A stretch of DNA of 64,000 bases from a virus, in the IMG/VR virus record IMGVR_UViG_3300032893_000011, positions 32,001 to 96,000 of that record. One strand, 5' to 3'. The position numbers were made by a program, and so were the translations under genes. Of this stretch, positions 7,963 to 17,946 are shown piece by piece. The notes below the pieces were generated by a model. It was not told the origin of the DNA, did not search any database, and saw nothing but the letters and a program-made list of their open reading frames with translations. Within the stretch, counting starts at the first letter, position 1. Every line of letters starts with the position of its first letter.

Positions 7963-8036
7963 CCCCGCGCGGTGGTGCGTTCGACGCGGCGGCGTTTACG
8001 CTGTGACCGGAGCCTTGCAAAGGGAGGGCAGTAGAC

Positions 8037-8246
8037 ACGCCATGCAACTGCGGCGGCGGCCGCCGCACCATCCCACCGTCGCCCCCGGTCGGCTACTACG
8101 TGGTGCTGCCCGACGGGACCGAGATCCCGGCGGTGCACGCAGACCCGCCCGAGAAGCCGTTCCTGCAGGCGTGGCAGGCGCGGCGCAAAGCAATCGAGGC
8201 CGGCGGCGGGACGATACGGTCGGTGAAACGGCGACCCACGAGGTGA
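8037..8246 (+). CDS. Small CxCG head-region protein with apparent ACG start (not in the ORF track)
   Basis: GGAGG at 8023-8027, 9 nt spacer, ACG-CCA-TGC-AAC-TGC-GGC gives (M)PCNCGGGRR..YYVVLPDG..GGGTIRSVK; codons look host-like. Confidence 0.6.
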   Translation, partial: TPCNCGGGRRTIPPSPPVGYYVVLPDGTEIPAVHADPPEKPFLQAWQARRKAIEAGGGTIRSVKRRPTR

Positions 8247-8312
8247 TGCACACCCGATAGATACCCTGCGGCGTAGTAAACAGGCCCTTCGATAGAGAGT
8301 CAGAGCGCCGCC

Positions 8313-10178
8313 GTGGCTTTCCAACTGCCGGAGCAGCTGCCCACCACCGTCGCAGAGCTCGACGAGCTGCTGAACCAAGCCCGCGCCGAGATCCAGGAAA
8401 TCCAGCGCCGCGACGAGGAAGGCGAAGTCCTCACCCAGGACGACGTCGACGAACTCAACCGCCTGCTGGACGCCGTCGACCAGGTCAGCGCCGCCAAGGC
8501 CGAGGCCGTGGCCGCGGAGAAGGCCGCCAAAGCCGAGGCCGAGGCCAAGGAGAAGGAACGCCGCAAGGCGGTCGACGCCGCGCTGCGGCGCGCCAAGAAG
8601 GTCACCGAGGTCAAGGCCAAGCCCGAACCGGTCGCCGAGGAGCCCGAAACCGAGGAGCCCGAAGCCGAAGACGGTGAAGGCGAGGCCGAGGAGTCCGAGC
8701 AGCCGGTGGAGGAGGCCGAGGAGCCTGATGAGGCGACCCCGAACGTGCCCGCGGTCCCCGAGGACACCAAGCCGGTGCCCGTGGCCGCCGCCGCGAAACC
8801 CACCAACGGGCGGCGCCCGGTGCGATACGACGGGCTGGGCAGAAGCGACGACGTGCCCGCCACCCGCGAGCCCGGCTGGGAGATGGACCCGTCGTGCCCC
8901 GGCTACCGGCCCGGCATGGGCCGTATTGGGTTCGCCGAGCTCGGCCGCGCCATCGACTCGGTCAAGCCCGGCTCCCGCAGCCGCAACCGGCCCAACAAGT
9001 TCTCGCCCAACGCCATCTACTCGGCGCAGGTCCTGGCGAGGCTGGCGCGGGACATGGAGACCGCGGCCGACGCGCACGCCCTGTACGCCGCCATCAACGC
9101 GGCCACCGACCAGAAGGCCCTGCCCGGCGGGTCGCTGGTCGCGGCCGGCGGGTGGTGCGCCCCGTCCGAGCAGCTGTACAACTTCTGCGACGTCCCCAAC
9201 GCGACCGACCTGATCTCCCTCCCGGAGATCGCTATCAACCGGGGCGGCATCCGCTGGCCGATAGAACCCGACCTCACCGCCATCTTCAACGACTTCGAAT
9301 GGTTCTACACCGAGCCGCAGCTGGAGGCCGTCGACTCGGGCGGGGACCCGACCGCGCAGAAGAACTGCGTCGACATCCCGTGCCCCGAGGAGTTCGAGGA
9401 GATCCGGCTCAACGCGCTCGGGTACTGCGTCGAGGCGGGCATCCTGCAGACCCAGGGCTGGCCCGAACTGATCACGTGGTTCATGGAGCAGCTGGCGCAG
9501 GAGCATTTAAGGGCCCTGTCGAAGAGGACGATCATCGACCTGGTCGCCGGGTCCACGCACATCTCGATCAACCCGAACTACACGTTCGGCGCGGTCCCGG
9601 CGCTGCTCAACAGCCTGGCGATGGTGGCCACCAACCTGCGGCTGCAGAAGGGCCTGGCCCGCGACACGATCATCGAGGGCGTGGCCCCGTCGTGGCTGGC
9701 CGAGGTGATGCGCGCCGATTTGGCGATGCAGGAGGGCGTGTCCAACAAGGCCGTCACCGACGCCGAGGTGCTCGGCTGGTTCGCGGCCCGCAACATCGCC
9801 CTGCAGCTGGTCGGCGACTGGCAGACCCGCGACGCCGGCACCCCCGGCGACCTGACGATGGGCGTGTGGCCCGCCGAGATGGACATCCTGCTCTACCCGG
9901 CCGGGACGTGGTTCCGGTCGATGAGCAACGTCATCGAGTTGGGCGTCATGTACCCCAAGGAGCAGCTGGCCGTGAACCGCTACACGCGCTTCTTCGTCGA
10001 GGACGCCCTGGCGGTCGGCAAGCGCTGCTACCAGTCGCAGGTCGTGACCGTCCCCATCTGCGTGTCCGGTGCCCTGTCGGAGCGTGTCAGCGTCGCCTGC
10101 GGCCCCTACACGGGCGTGCGGGAGGCCGGCAGCCTGACGGTGCCGTCGACCTTCCAGCCGGGCGGCGACTGGTCGTAG
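8313..10178 (+). CDS. Major capsid (hexamer) protein with N-terminal scaffold-like coiled-coil/acidic region
   Basis: AAGGWCAPSEQLYNFC, LPEIAINRGGIRW motifs; position after the protease. Confidence 0.85.
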   Translation: MAFQLPEQLPTTVAELDELLNQARAEIQEIQRRDEEGEVLTQDDVDELNRLLDAVDQVSAAKAEAVAAEKAAKAEAEAKEKERRKAVDAALRRAKKVTEVKAKPEPVAEEPETEEPEAEDGEGEAEESEQPVEEAEEPDEATPNVPAVPEDTKPVPVAAAAKPTNGRRPVRYDGLGRSDDVPATREPGWEMDPSCPGYRPGMGRIGFAELGRAIDSVKPGSRSRNRPNKFSPNAIYSAQVLARLARDMETAADAHALYAAINAATDQKALPGGSLVAAGGWCAPSEQLYNFCDVPNATDLISLPEIAINRGGIRWPIEPDLTAIFNDFEWFYTEPQLEAVDSGGDPTAQKNCVDIPCPEEFEEIRLNALGYCVEAGILQTQGWPELITWFMEQLAQEHLRALSKRTIIDLVAGSTHISINPNYTFGAVPALLNSLAMVATNLRLQKGLARDTIIEGVAPSWLAEVMRADLAMQEGVSNKAVTDAEVLGWFAARNIALQLVGDWQTRDAGTPGDLTMGVWPAEMDILLYPAGTWFRSMSNVIELGVMYPKEQLAVNRYTRFFVEDALAVGKRCYQSQVVTVPICVSGALSERVSVACGPYTGVREAGSLTVPSTFQPGGDWS

Positions 10179-10203
10179 CCCCGCAGGCCGGAACGGAGGA
10201 CTG

Positions 10204-11064
10204 ATGTCGCAGGCGGTGCTGCAGTCCGCCCAGTTCTACCCGCCGCTTGAGCACCCCAACCCCCACGGGCTGTACGCGGCGACGAACTGGGGTGTGCCGC
10301 TGTCCCGCGACCCCGCCGAACCGGCCGGCGACGACGCTATCCCCCGCTGGCTGGACGCCGGGGTGCTGTTTAGGCGGATCAACTACCAGGGCGAATGGGC
10401 GTCGGGCGTGTGGGGGGCGCCGTGGTGCCGCGACCCCGAGCAGACCTCCGGCGACGAGGAATCCAAGTACGGGATACGCCCGCAGTTCCCCGGCCCGTTC
10501 GAGGCGGTCACCGTCTGGGCCTACGACGAATGCGACCCCACCCTGTTCTCGCAGGCCGAGATCCTGGAGCGGGTGCAGCAGACCCTGCGGCTGCAGGAGC
10601 AGGTCAACGTCGAGACGATGCTGGCCGCCAGGATGGTCGCCGACCTGGAGGCCATACCGGGGCAGGTGGTGCACCGCCCCACCGTGCACCAGGCGGTCGG
10701 CTACCTGGAGGGTCTGCTCGCCAAAACCAACACCACCGGCCTGATCCACGCCTCCCCGGAGGCCGCAGCCGTCGAGTACGGCATCGTGCTGCCCGTGCGC
10801 TCCGGGGTCCTGCAGACACCCTTGGGGCACCAGTGGGTGTTCGGCGGCGGCTACGTCGACGGCCTGCAGGACCTGCTGGTGGCGACCAGCAGGGTGTACG
10901 GGTGGCGCAACGCCGTGCAGGTCCGCCCCGTCTACGACCAGTACACCTACACCATCGCCGCGATCGCCGAACGCAGCGTCGTCATCGGATACGAGCAGAT
11001 CATGGGCGCCGTCTACACCGAGAGCGTGGAGACCAGCGGCGTGATCCCGGGAGGGGAGCTGTAA
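10204..11064 (+). CDS. Probable major capsid pentamer protein
   Basis: Follows MCP; GLYAA..RWLDAGV, FEAVTVWAYDEC, TPLGHQWVFGGGY, AIAERSVVIGYE. Confidence 0.7.
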   Translation: MSQAVLQSAQFYPPLEHPNPHGLYAATNWGVPLSRDPAEPAGDDAIPRWLDAGVLFRRINYQGEWASGVWGAPWCRDPEQTSGDEESKYGIRPQFPGPFEAVTVWAYDECDPTLFSQAEILERVQQTLRLQEQVNVETMLAARMVADLEAIPGQVVHRPTVHQAVGYLEGLLAKTNTTGLIHASPEAAAVEYGIVLPVRSGVLQTPLGHQWVFGGGYVDGLQDLLVATSRVYGWRNAVQVRPVYDQYTYTIAAIAERSVVIGYEQIMGAVYTESVETSGVIPGGEL

Positions 11065-11514
11065 ATGCCCAGAGGTGTGATAGCCGAGGTCGTCGACGGG
11101 GTGGCGACGGTCGAGTTCGCCGACGCCGACGCCCGCGTGCAGGCCCTGACCAGGCTCCTGGACGTCGGCGGGCCCGAATCGATCCAGGTGGACACCCGCT
11201 CGGGGCGCCGCCGCAAGTACGTGGTGGCCGAGGGCCACGCCCGGGCGGCCGGGCTGCTCGACGGGCCGCCCAGCAGCGTGTCGCCCCACGGGGACAGCGG
11301 CTACGCCGCCGCCCTGGCCGCCGCCCACGAGGACGCCAAGGCGGTGACCGGCCCGGCGCAGCCCACCAGCCGCAACACCTACAGCGGGCAGACCCCCGCA
11401 GAGGTGGCGCTGGCAGGCGGGCACATCCCCACCGCCGCCCCGCCCGGGCCGGCCCGCAGCCGCCGCGGGAAGATGGCCACCCAACGCGACAAGCCCGAGG
11501 AGAGTGCTGAATAG
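11065..11514 (+). CDS. Hypothetical head-region protein
   Basis: Abuts the previous stop; host-like codons. Confidence 0.65.
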   Translation: MPRGVIAEVVDGVATVEFADADARVQALTRLLDVGGPESIQVDTRSGRRRKYVVAEGHARAAGLLDGPPSSVSPHGDSGYAAALAAAHEDAKAVTGPAQPTSRNTYSGQTPAEVALAGGHIPTAAPPGPARSRRGKMATQRDKPEESAE

Positions 11515-11535
11515 TGACAAGAATCGTGCTCACGC

Positions 11536-11736
11536 GTGACACGCCTCCCGCGAGTCACTGATCGAGGGGCACTGACGGCCGTGATCGCCGGGGCGTGGAT
11601 CGTCAGCATCGCGGTAAGGATCTGGGTGCCGTCGACCGCGCCGATGTTCGCCACCGTCGACGCCGCCATGCTGGGGGTGGTCGGATACTGGTTCGCGCAG
11701 CGGTCGGTGCGCCGCGACAACGGCGGGTCGACATGA
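11536..11736 (+). CDS. Small 2-TM membrane protein (holin-like)
   Basis: Two hydrophobic segments, VVGYWF then a basic tail. Confidence 0.55.
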   Translation: MTRLPRVTDRGALTAVIAGAWIVSIAVRIWVPSTAPMFATVDAAMLGVVGYWFAQRSVRRDNGGST

Positions 11737-12197
11737 GCTGGGACCAGTGGCTGGTCGTGGTCGTTGTCGCCGCCGGGCTGCTCGGCATGGGGGCGGTGGT
11801 CGGCTGGGTGTGGCGCGACTCGATACCCGACACGCATCCCCGGCGCATGCAGGTCGTCGTCGCCGTCGTGTTCGCGCTGATCATGGCCGGCTACACCGCC
11901 GACACGGTCAGCCTGCAGCACAGGCTGCGCGCCCATAGCGAGGGCCAGTTCGCCTGCGACAACCTGATGGACAACCGTCGGACGGTCATCGCCAACGAGG
12001 AGGAGAAGGTCGACACCGCCGCCGCAGCCCGCGCGGACGCGTTCGTCGCCGCCCTGCAGGAGGCGGCGCAGACCGGCGGGATCATCGACGCCACCAACCC
12101 CAAATTCGTGCAGCTTGAGGACGCGCTGAAAGCCGAGGCCGCGGAGCGCCGGAACATGCTGGCCGTCACCGCGGCCAACCCGCTGCAAGAATGCTGA
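11733..12197 (+). CDS. Membrane protein with two N-terminal TMs and a coiled coil
   Basis: ATGA overlap with the previous gene; MSWDQWLVVVVVAAGLLG.. Confidence 0.65.
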   Translation: MSWDQWLVVVVVAAGLLGMGAVVGWVWRDSIPDTHPRRMQVVVAVVFALIMAGYTADTVSLQHRLRAHSEGQFACDNLMDNRRTVIANEEEKVDTAAAARADAFVAALQEAAQTGGIIDATNPKFVQLEDALKAEAAERRNMLAVTAANPLQEC

Positions 12198-12200
12198 ACC

Positions 12201-12965
12201 ATGACCGTCCCGGCGATCATCTACCCGGTCCGCGACGGCGAGCACAACCCCGAGCTGGCGTATTCGCTGCGATCCCTGGCCAACCTGCCGCACGGGCCGG
12301 TGTTCGTGGTGGGCTACAAGCCGACGTGGGTCCGCGGTGTCGAATACATCCCCGGCGGCAACGCCTCGCAGTGGCCGCGGGCCAACCTGTACAACAACCT
12401 GCGGCTGGCCTGCGCGCACCCCGGCGTGCCCGACGAGCTGGTCATCATGAACGACGACATGTACATCACCGCCCCGGTCGACTCGGTGCCCGTCCTGTGG
12501 CGCACCCCCACCATGGAGGCCTCGCTGAAGGAGCTGGTGCGGCGCGTCGGCGCGCGCGGCTGGTGGCAGGACTCGCTGCAAACCACCCTGCGGGCCCTGC
12601 GTGACGTGGGTGTCGCCGAGCCGGGCTGCTACGAGATACACACCCCGTTCCCCTGCGACCGCGACCTCATGGCCCAGACGCTGGCCCGGTTCGCCCACCT
12701 GACACCGCACAACCCGCCGCAGTGGCGCACCCTCTACGGCGTCCTGCACCACCGCGACCCCAAACTGCACATCGACCCCAAGATGCTGCGCCCCGGCCCG
12801 CTGCACCACCCGTTCCACTCCACAGAGGACCACAGCTTCAAATACTTCCGGTCACGCTTGAACGAGATGTTCCCGCAGCCCAGCCCGTACGAAACCGAGC
12901 CGGTTGTTGCACGCCATCCCGTTACTGTCAGGCCAAGACCCGCCAGGGGTGCCCGAGCCAGATAG
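12201..12965 (+). CDS. Stealth-like sugar-phosphate transferase / glycosyltransferase
   Basis: ELAYSLRSL..VFVVG.KPTW and IMNDDMYI resemble the Stealth CR2 motifs (ELRYSLRS; NDD); HTP motif. Confidence 0.65.
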   Translation: MTVPAIIYPVRDGEHNPELAYSLRSLANLPHGPVFVVGYKPTWVRGVEYIPGGNASQWPRANLYNNLRLACAHPGVPDELVIMNDDMYITAPVDSVPVLWRTPTMEASLKELVRRVGARGWWQDSLQTTLRALRDVGVAEPGCYEIHTPFPCDRDLMAQTLARFAHLTPHNPPQWRTLYGVLHHRDPKLHIDPKMLRPGPLHHPFHSTEDHSFKYFRSRLNEMFPQPSPYETEPVVARHPVTVRPRPARGARAR

Positions 12966-12985
12966 GAAAGTCGCAGGAAGAAGAC

Positions 12986-13801
12986 ATGTCGACGTTTCCC
13001 CTGCTTTTCGGCGAGGCACTGCGCGCAACCCGCATCAACAGCTGCGGCCTGCCGATAGCCGGCGCGCAGAACCGCATCTGCATCGAGGGCTTCGTGTCGG
13101 TCAACCTCGGCCGCGAGATGAAACAGGCCAACGACATCGAGCAGATCAACGCCCAGGGCCTGGTGTGCGTATCCGACCGCACCCCGCCGGTGCGCAAGTG
13201 GTACAACGTCGACCTGGAGATCTGCTCGATGGCCACCGGGCTGGTGTCGATGTTCACCGGCTGGCCCGCCGTGCTGGACTATGCGGGCAACCCCGTCGGT
13301 GTGCGCGACAAGTCCACCGTCGACCCCAACTACGGCGTCGCGTTCGAGGTGTGGACGGGCGGGCGGGCGTCCACCGACTGCCCCGCCGTCACCAACGACG
13401 ACGGCGTGTTCACGTCCGGCGGCACCGGCAAGTCCTACGGGTACCTGCTGTTCGGGGTGATCGAGATCGCGGTCACCTCCGACATCAAGATCAGCGCCGA
13501 CCTGCAGACCATCACGCTGAGCGGCATCACCACACCCATGACCCAGTGGGGCCGCGGCCCCTACAACGTGGTCGACGTCGGCGCGAACCAGGCAGGGCGG
13601 CTGCTCACCCCGTTCCCGTCCGACCCGCACATCCACATCGAACGCACCCCCGTCCCCCCGCCCGCCTACACCGAGTCGGGGGAGCCCACCAGCCTGGAGA
13701 TCGCCAGCATCTTCACGCCCCCGAACTACTACTTCGGCGGGCCCGCTGGCCAGGCCGCCTGCAGCGTCGCCCCGGCGCAGAACATCGGCTCCTGGGAGTG
13801 A
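12986..13801 (+). CDS. Major tail protein
   Basis: LRATRINSCGLP, GFVSVNL, NAQGLVCVSD, WGRGPYNVV like Cluster B-type tail tube proteins. Confidence 0.8.
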   Translation: MSTFPLLFGEALRATRINSCGLPIAGAQNRICIEGFVSVNLGREMKQANDIEQINAQGLVCVSDRTPPVRKWYNVDLEICSMATGLVSMFTGWPAVLDYAGNPVGVRDKSTVDPNYGVAFEVWTGGRASTDCPAVTNDDGVFTSGGTGKSYGYLLFGVIEIAVTSDIKISADLQTITLSGITTPMTQWGRGPYNVVDVGANQAGRLLTPFPSDPHIHIERTPVPPPAYTESGEPTSLEIASIFTPPNYYFGGPAGQAACSVAPAQNIGSWE

Positions 13802-13804
13802 CCC

Positions 13805-14119
13805 GTGGGCCAGATCCTGGTCGTGGCCGGGCCGTCGAACCGGGTGTACAAGCTGCCCGGCGAGATCCGCGACGTGACGATCGACTGGACGTCTGACCTG
13901 CCGGCCGGGACCAGCATCGTCGACACCACGTTCGCCGCCGCCGACCCCACCCTAACGCTCGGGCCGCCCACCTACAGCGGCACCCAAACCGGGGTGCGCC
14001 TGGCCGGGGGCAACCCCAACACCAGCTACAGCGTCCTGAACTCGGCGTACCTGGACGACGGGGAGATCCACCAGTACCCGTTCACCGTGGCATGCGGGAG
14101 CAGCCCCGGTGCCGGCTGA
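13805..14119 (+). CDS. Tail fibre adaptor-like small protein
   Basis: KLPGEIRDVTIDW..L, VRLAGG...Y.V.N pattern. Confidence 0.6.
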   Translation: MGQILVVAGPSNRVYKLPGEIRDVTIDWTSDLPAGTSIVDTTFAAADPTLTLGPPTYSGTQTGVRLAGGNPNTSYSVLNSAYLDDGEIHQYPFTVACGSSPGAG

Positions 14120-14642
14120 CACGGCCGGTATCACCGGCGACTTTCTGTTCGAGCGCCGCGACGCCGCGGGCAATCTCCTCGAAACGGCCCGCGGCCACAA
14201 CATCGTCACCGACATCGGCAACCAGCTCTACGGCGAGCACGGCGCCGGTGTCGGCAGCACCGTCGCCGTGCCCACCGGGATGCGGCTGGGCACCGGGGCG
14301 GTCACCGGCGCCAACACCCCCGCCAACACCGGCACAGGCGCCGCGCTGGCCGCCTACCTGCCCGGGTCGGGGCTGGCGCTGGACGCGTCGTACCCGCAGT
14401 CCACGCAGCCCGCCGGGCCGGGGACCGCCCGCGTCATCACCTACAAGTGCACCTACCAGGCCGGCGAGGGGACGTCGGCGGTGCCGATCACCGAGGCCGT
14501 CATCGTCAACGACAACATCACCGTCGACTCCGCGTCCGCGGCGGCCAACACGATCGCGCGGGTGGCGGTCGCCGGGATCAGCGCCAAAGGCCCCTCCGAC
14601 ACCCTCACCGCCAGCTGGCAGCATTCGCTACTCGGGTCCTGA
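14109..14642 (+). CDS. Tail/fibre-associated protein
   Basis: HNIVTDIG, MRLGTG, ITEA, K..SDTLTASW pattern. Confidence 0.6.
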   Translation: MPADTAGITGDFLFERRDAAGNLLETARGHNIVTDIGNQLYGEHGAGVGSTVAVPTGMRLGTGAVTGANTPANTGTGAALAAYLPGSGLALDASYPQSTQPAGPGTARVITYKCTYQAGEGTSAVPITEAVIVNDNITVDSASAAANTIARVAVAGISAKGPSDTLTASWQHSLLGS

Positions 14643-14650
14643 GCATTAGG

Positions 14651-15322
14651 ATGGCTGCCGTGTTCGACGCGACCGTCGCCATCCCGTGGCGACCCACACC
14701 CGAGCGGATACCCACCCACGACCGGGTCGTCAAATTCTGGCACGACCACGGGTTCGACGTGATCGAGGCCGACTCAGACCCCGCCAAGCCGTGGCTGGCC
14801 GGGCAGGCCCGCAACAACGCCGTCCGGGCGGCCACCACCGACATCGTCATCGTGATGGACGCCGACATGATCGTGCACGACATCCGCCAGATCGACGCCG
14901 CCGTCATCAAAGCCGCACAGGGATTCGTGGTGTGGCCCTACACCGTGTACCGGGCGATCCCCGCGGCCTGCGTCGACGAGGACGACCTGTACGGCTGCGA
15001 GGTGCTCGTCGAAAGCGCCAACGAGCACCCGTGCGGGATCGTGGCGCGGCGCGACGTCTACTGGGACCTCGGAGGCTACGACGAGGGCTTCACGCCCGGG
15101 GTGTGGGGCTGGGAGGACACCGCGTTCGCGATGGTCGCCCGCACCCTGGCGCCGCACGGGCGGATACACGGGCTGCTGTACGCGTTCGACCACGGCGGCG
15201 CCCACGACATGACCGACGACAACCCCAACAAGCCCCGCGCCTGCCTGTACACCTACGCCGAGCAGGACCCCCGCCTGATGAGGGCCCTGATCGGCTTCAA
15301 CCCCGCCCGCCGTTCACCATGA
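14651..15322 (+). CDS. GT-A fold glycosyltransferase (GT2/galactosyltransferase-like)
   Basis: IPWR, ARNNAV, MDADM (DxD), GGYDEGF..WGWED. Confidence 0.85.
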   Translation: MAAVFDATVAIPWRPTPERIPTHDRVVKFWHDHGFDVIEADSDPAKPWLAGQARNNAVRAATTDIVIVMDADMIVHDIRQIDAAVIKAAQGFVVWPYTVYRAIPAACVDEDDLYGCEVLVESANEHPCGIVARRDVYWDLGGYDEGFTPGVWGWEDTAFAMVARTLAPHGRIHGLLYAFDHGGAHDMTDDNPNKPRACLYTYAEQDPRLMRALIGFNPARRSP

Positions 15323-15618
15323 CGACGACAACCAACCCGCGGCCCGTCCAAGGGGCGGCGAACCTGCTGGTCGCCGACTTCTCCCAGATCACCGACTCCC
15401 ACATCAAACGCGCCAACGCCGGCAACACCGTCGAGGCGATGGTCGCGGCCTACCGCGCCGAATTCGGCGCCGCCGACCCGCCCAGCGTGGCGGAGGTCAC
15501 CCAGAACGCGCTGATGTTCATGCACATCGCCGAACATGAGGCCAAGGGCACGGAGATGATCTGCTGGTGTCTGGCCGACGCCCTCTCCAGGCTGGCGAAA
15601 GGCAAACGAGGCCGATGA
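15319..15618 (+). CDS. Hypothetical protein
   Basis: ATGA overlaps on both sides. Confidence 0.6.
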   Translation: MTTTTNPRPVQGAANLLVADFSQITDSHIKRANAGNTVEAMVAAYRAEFGAADPPSVAEVTQNALMFMHIAEHEAKGTEMICWCLADALSRLAKGKRGR

Positions 15619-17309
15619 GCGACATGTTCGTGGTGTGCCCCGCCGGGGTCGTCACCGGCGGCCCGGAGCTGTGCCACAAGTTCGTCGCAGCGGTCAACCG
15701 CATCACCCCAGGCCGCGCCGCGGTCGTCTACTTCCCGTTCTCCGGGCGGCACGTCACCCCCGAGCCGTACCGCCGCTACGGGGCGCCGGTGGCCACCGTC
15801 GAGGACTTCACCCCCACCTCGACGGTGATCCTGCCCGAGGTGTACGCCGACCTGGTGGGCACCGCCCCGCCGTGCCGCCTGTGGTTCTGGTGGATGAGCG
15901 TCGACTACTTCGTGGCCGGCGCCACCGACGTCGCCGAGCGCGTCGAAACGCTGCGCCGCCGCATCGACCTGCACATCTACTCCAGCGAATACGCGCGCCT
16001 GTACCTGGAGGCCAACGAACTCGGCCCGGCCGCGCGGCTGTTCGACTACGTCGCCGACGAATTCCTCGCCGCCCCGCCCACCGGGCAGCGCCGCGACGTG
16101 GTGGCGTTCAACCCCCGCAAGGGCCTGTGGCGCACCGAACGGGTCCTAGGGGCCCTCACGGCGCGGTTCGGGGAGCACGACCAACCCAAGGCCGTGGCGC
16201 TGGAGGACATGACCCGCGACGAGGTCATAGAAGTCCTCTCCCACGCCAAGTGTTACATCGACTTCGGGCCGCACCCGGGCAAGGACCGGCTGCCCGCCGA
16301 GGCCGCGTCGCTGGGCTGCTGCGTGGTCACCAACCGCCGCGGCGCCGCAGCCAACCCCGTCGACATCGCCATCCCCACCGACCTGAAAATCGACGACGCG
16401 GAGGAGGGCTGCGAGGAACGCGCCGCCGATCTGATCCACGTGATGCTCACCGACTACCCCCGCCAGACACGGCGCTTCGACGGCTACCGTGCGGTGATCG
16501 CCGCCGAGCCGGCCCAGTTCGCCGCCGACGTGGCCGAGCTGCTGGCCCGGTCCGCCCCCGGCGCCGTCCACGAAGCGACAGCCGGGTGGGAGCAGATCAA
16601 AGGCGAGTACGTGTCGGTGGCCCCCGCCGAACCCAACCGGCTGCTGGTTATACGGCCCCTGTGGCACCACGTCGACGTCGAATGGCTGCTGATGTGGGAC
16701 GCGATGGACAAAACCCACGTCACCGACGTGCTGACCGTCAACGGCGCGTGCCTGTCCATGGCGATGCAGGACATGGTCGACCGGGCGCTGGAGCGCGACG
16801 ACTGGACGCACCTGGTGATCCACGAGCACGACAACGTAGCCGACAAGGACGCGTTCGACAGGATTGCCCGCTACGGCGACGAGCACCACATCGTCGGGTC
16901 GCTGTACTGCATGCACGACCCGCCGCACCGGGCCTACGCCTACCTGCCCGACGGCGAAGGCAACCTGCGCCAGATCAACGCCCGGGCCGTGCAGATCGGT
17001 CTGGCGCGCCCCGCGCTGTACGAGGTCGCCGCGGTGGGGTTCGGGTTCACCACCATCGCCCGCTGGGTCCTCGAAAAATGGCCCGCCGACCTGAAAATGT
17101 TCGTGCCCGACAGTCCCGACGTCGGCTACTCGCACGACCTGTGGTTCTGCCAGACCGCCCGCACCAAACTCGGGGCGCGGGTGTGGATAGACTTCGGGCT
17201 CGTCACCGGCCACCTCACCAAGAAAGCGGTCTGGCCGGCCGACAACCAACGCTTCCTGGGCCGCGACGACCCGGAACTGTTCCCCGACCGAAAGCCGGCC
17301 AAGAAATGA
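15615..17309 (+). CDS. Two-domain glycosyltransferase (GT-B-like N-terminus + GT-A-like C-terminus)
   Basis: TGGPEL, ILPEV, WWMSVD, YIDFGPHPGKDRLPAEAASLGC; then THLVIHEHD, AVGFGFT, SHDLWFC. Confidence 0.75.
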   Translation: MSDMFVVCPAGVVTGGPELCHKFVAAVNRITPGRAAVVYFPFSGRHVTPEPYRRYGAPVATVEDFTPTSTVILPEVYADLVGTAPPCRLWFWWMSVDYFVAGATDVAERVETLRRRIDLHIYSSEYARLYLEANELGPAARLFDYVADEFLAAPPTGQRRDVVAFNPRKGLWRTERVLGALTARFGEHDQPKAVALEDMTRDEVIEVLSHAKCYIDFGPHPGKDRLPAEAASLGCCVVTNRRGAAANPVDIAIPTDLKIDDAEEGCEERAADLIHVMLTDYPRQTRRFDGYRAVIAAEPAQFAADVAELLARSAPGAVHEATAGWEQIKGEYVSVAPAEPNRLLVIRPLWHHVDVEWLLMWDAMDKTHVTDVLTVNGACLSMAMQDMVDRALERDDWTHLVIHEHDNVADKDAFDRIARYGDEHHIVGSLYCMHDPPHRAYAYLPDGEGNLRQINARAVQIGLARPALYEVAAVGFGFTTIARWVLEKWPADLKMFVPDSPDVGYSHDLWFCQTARTKLGARVWIDFGLVTGHLTKKAVWPADNQRFLGRDDPELFPDRKPAKK

Positions 17310-17461
17310 GCGACATAGTCATCGGCGCCTCGATAGAGGCCACCGCCTCCGTGTACACCGCCGGGGAGAAGGTGCTGGCGCTGCACGCCCTGATCGCCTC
17401 CGACATCACCGACGCGGCGTTCCGCGCCCAGGCGAAGGAGATCCTCGGGCCTACACCCTGA
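17306..17461 (+). CDS. Small hypothetical protein
   Basis: ATGA overlap; MSDIVIGASIEATASV.. Confidence 0.45.
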   Translation: MSDIVIGASIEATASVYTAGEKVLALHALIASDITDAAFRAQAKEILGPTP

Positions 17462-17515
17462 GTCCGTAGAGTCCCGCGTAAGCACAAGGACCGCTCACAG
17501 AAGGGTGCCCGGCTA

Positions 17516-17905
17516 ATGGCTGATGGCCTCGCGACAGTCGCATGCGCCAACGCGCTGCTCAACACCCTGGTCGGCACGTCGTTTTCCGTCTCGTCGCTCT
17601 ACATCGAGAACCACACCGCCGCCACGGGCGCAGCCGGGACGACGGGCGGGTCGACCGGGTCGACGGTGCGCCCCCGCCTGTACATGGCGGCGGCGGTGAC
17701 GGGAACGATCACGATGAGCTCCACCGCCCCCAGCTGGACCAACACCGGGGTCACCGAAACCATCACCGACCAGGCTGTCTGGTCGTCAAGCTCGGGGGGC
17801 ACGTTCTACTGGTCGGTGCAGCTGACCCTGTCCAAGGCGTGGGCGTCCGGCGACACGCTGACGCAGAACACCTGCCAGCTAGCCCTTTCGCCGCTGGCCG
17901 CCTAA
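17516..17905 (+). CDS. Small tail-fibre-associated protein
   Basis: ANALLN..LYI..HTA..G..GT, TITD.AVW.SSSGGTF pattern. Confidence 0.65.
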   Translation: MADGLATVACANALLNTLVGTSFSVSSLYIENHTAATGAAGTTGGSTGSTVRPRLYMAAAVTGTITMSSTAPSWTNTGVTETITDQAVWSSSSGGTFYWSVQLTLSKAWASGDTLTQNTCQLALSPLAA

Positions 17906-17946
17906 GCCGCGCCCGGGGGCACACGGTGGCTGGCTAGGCTCGGCGC

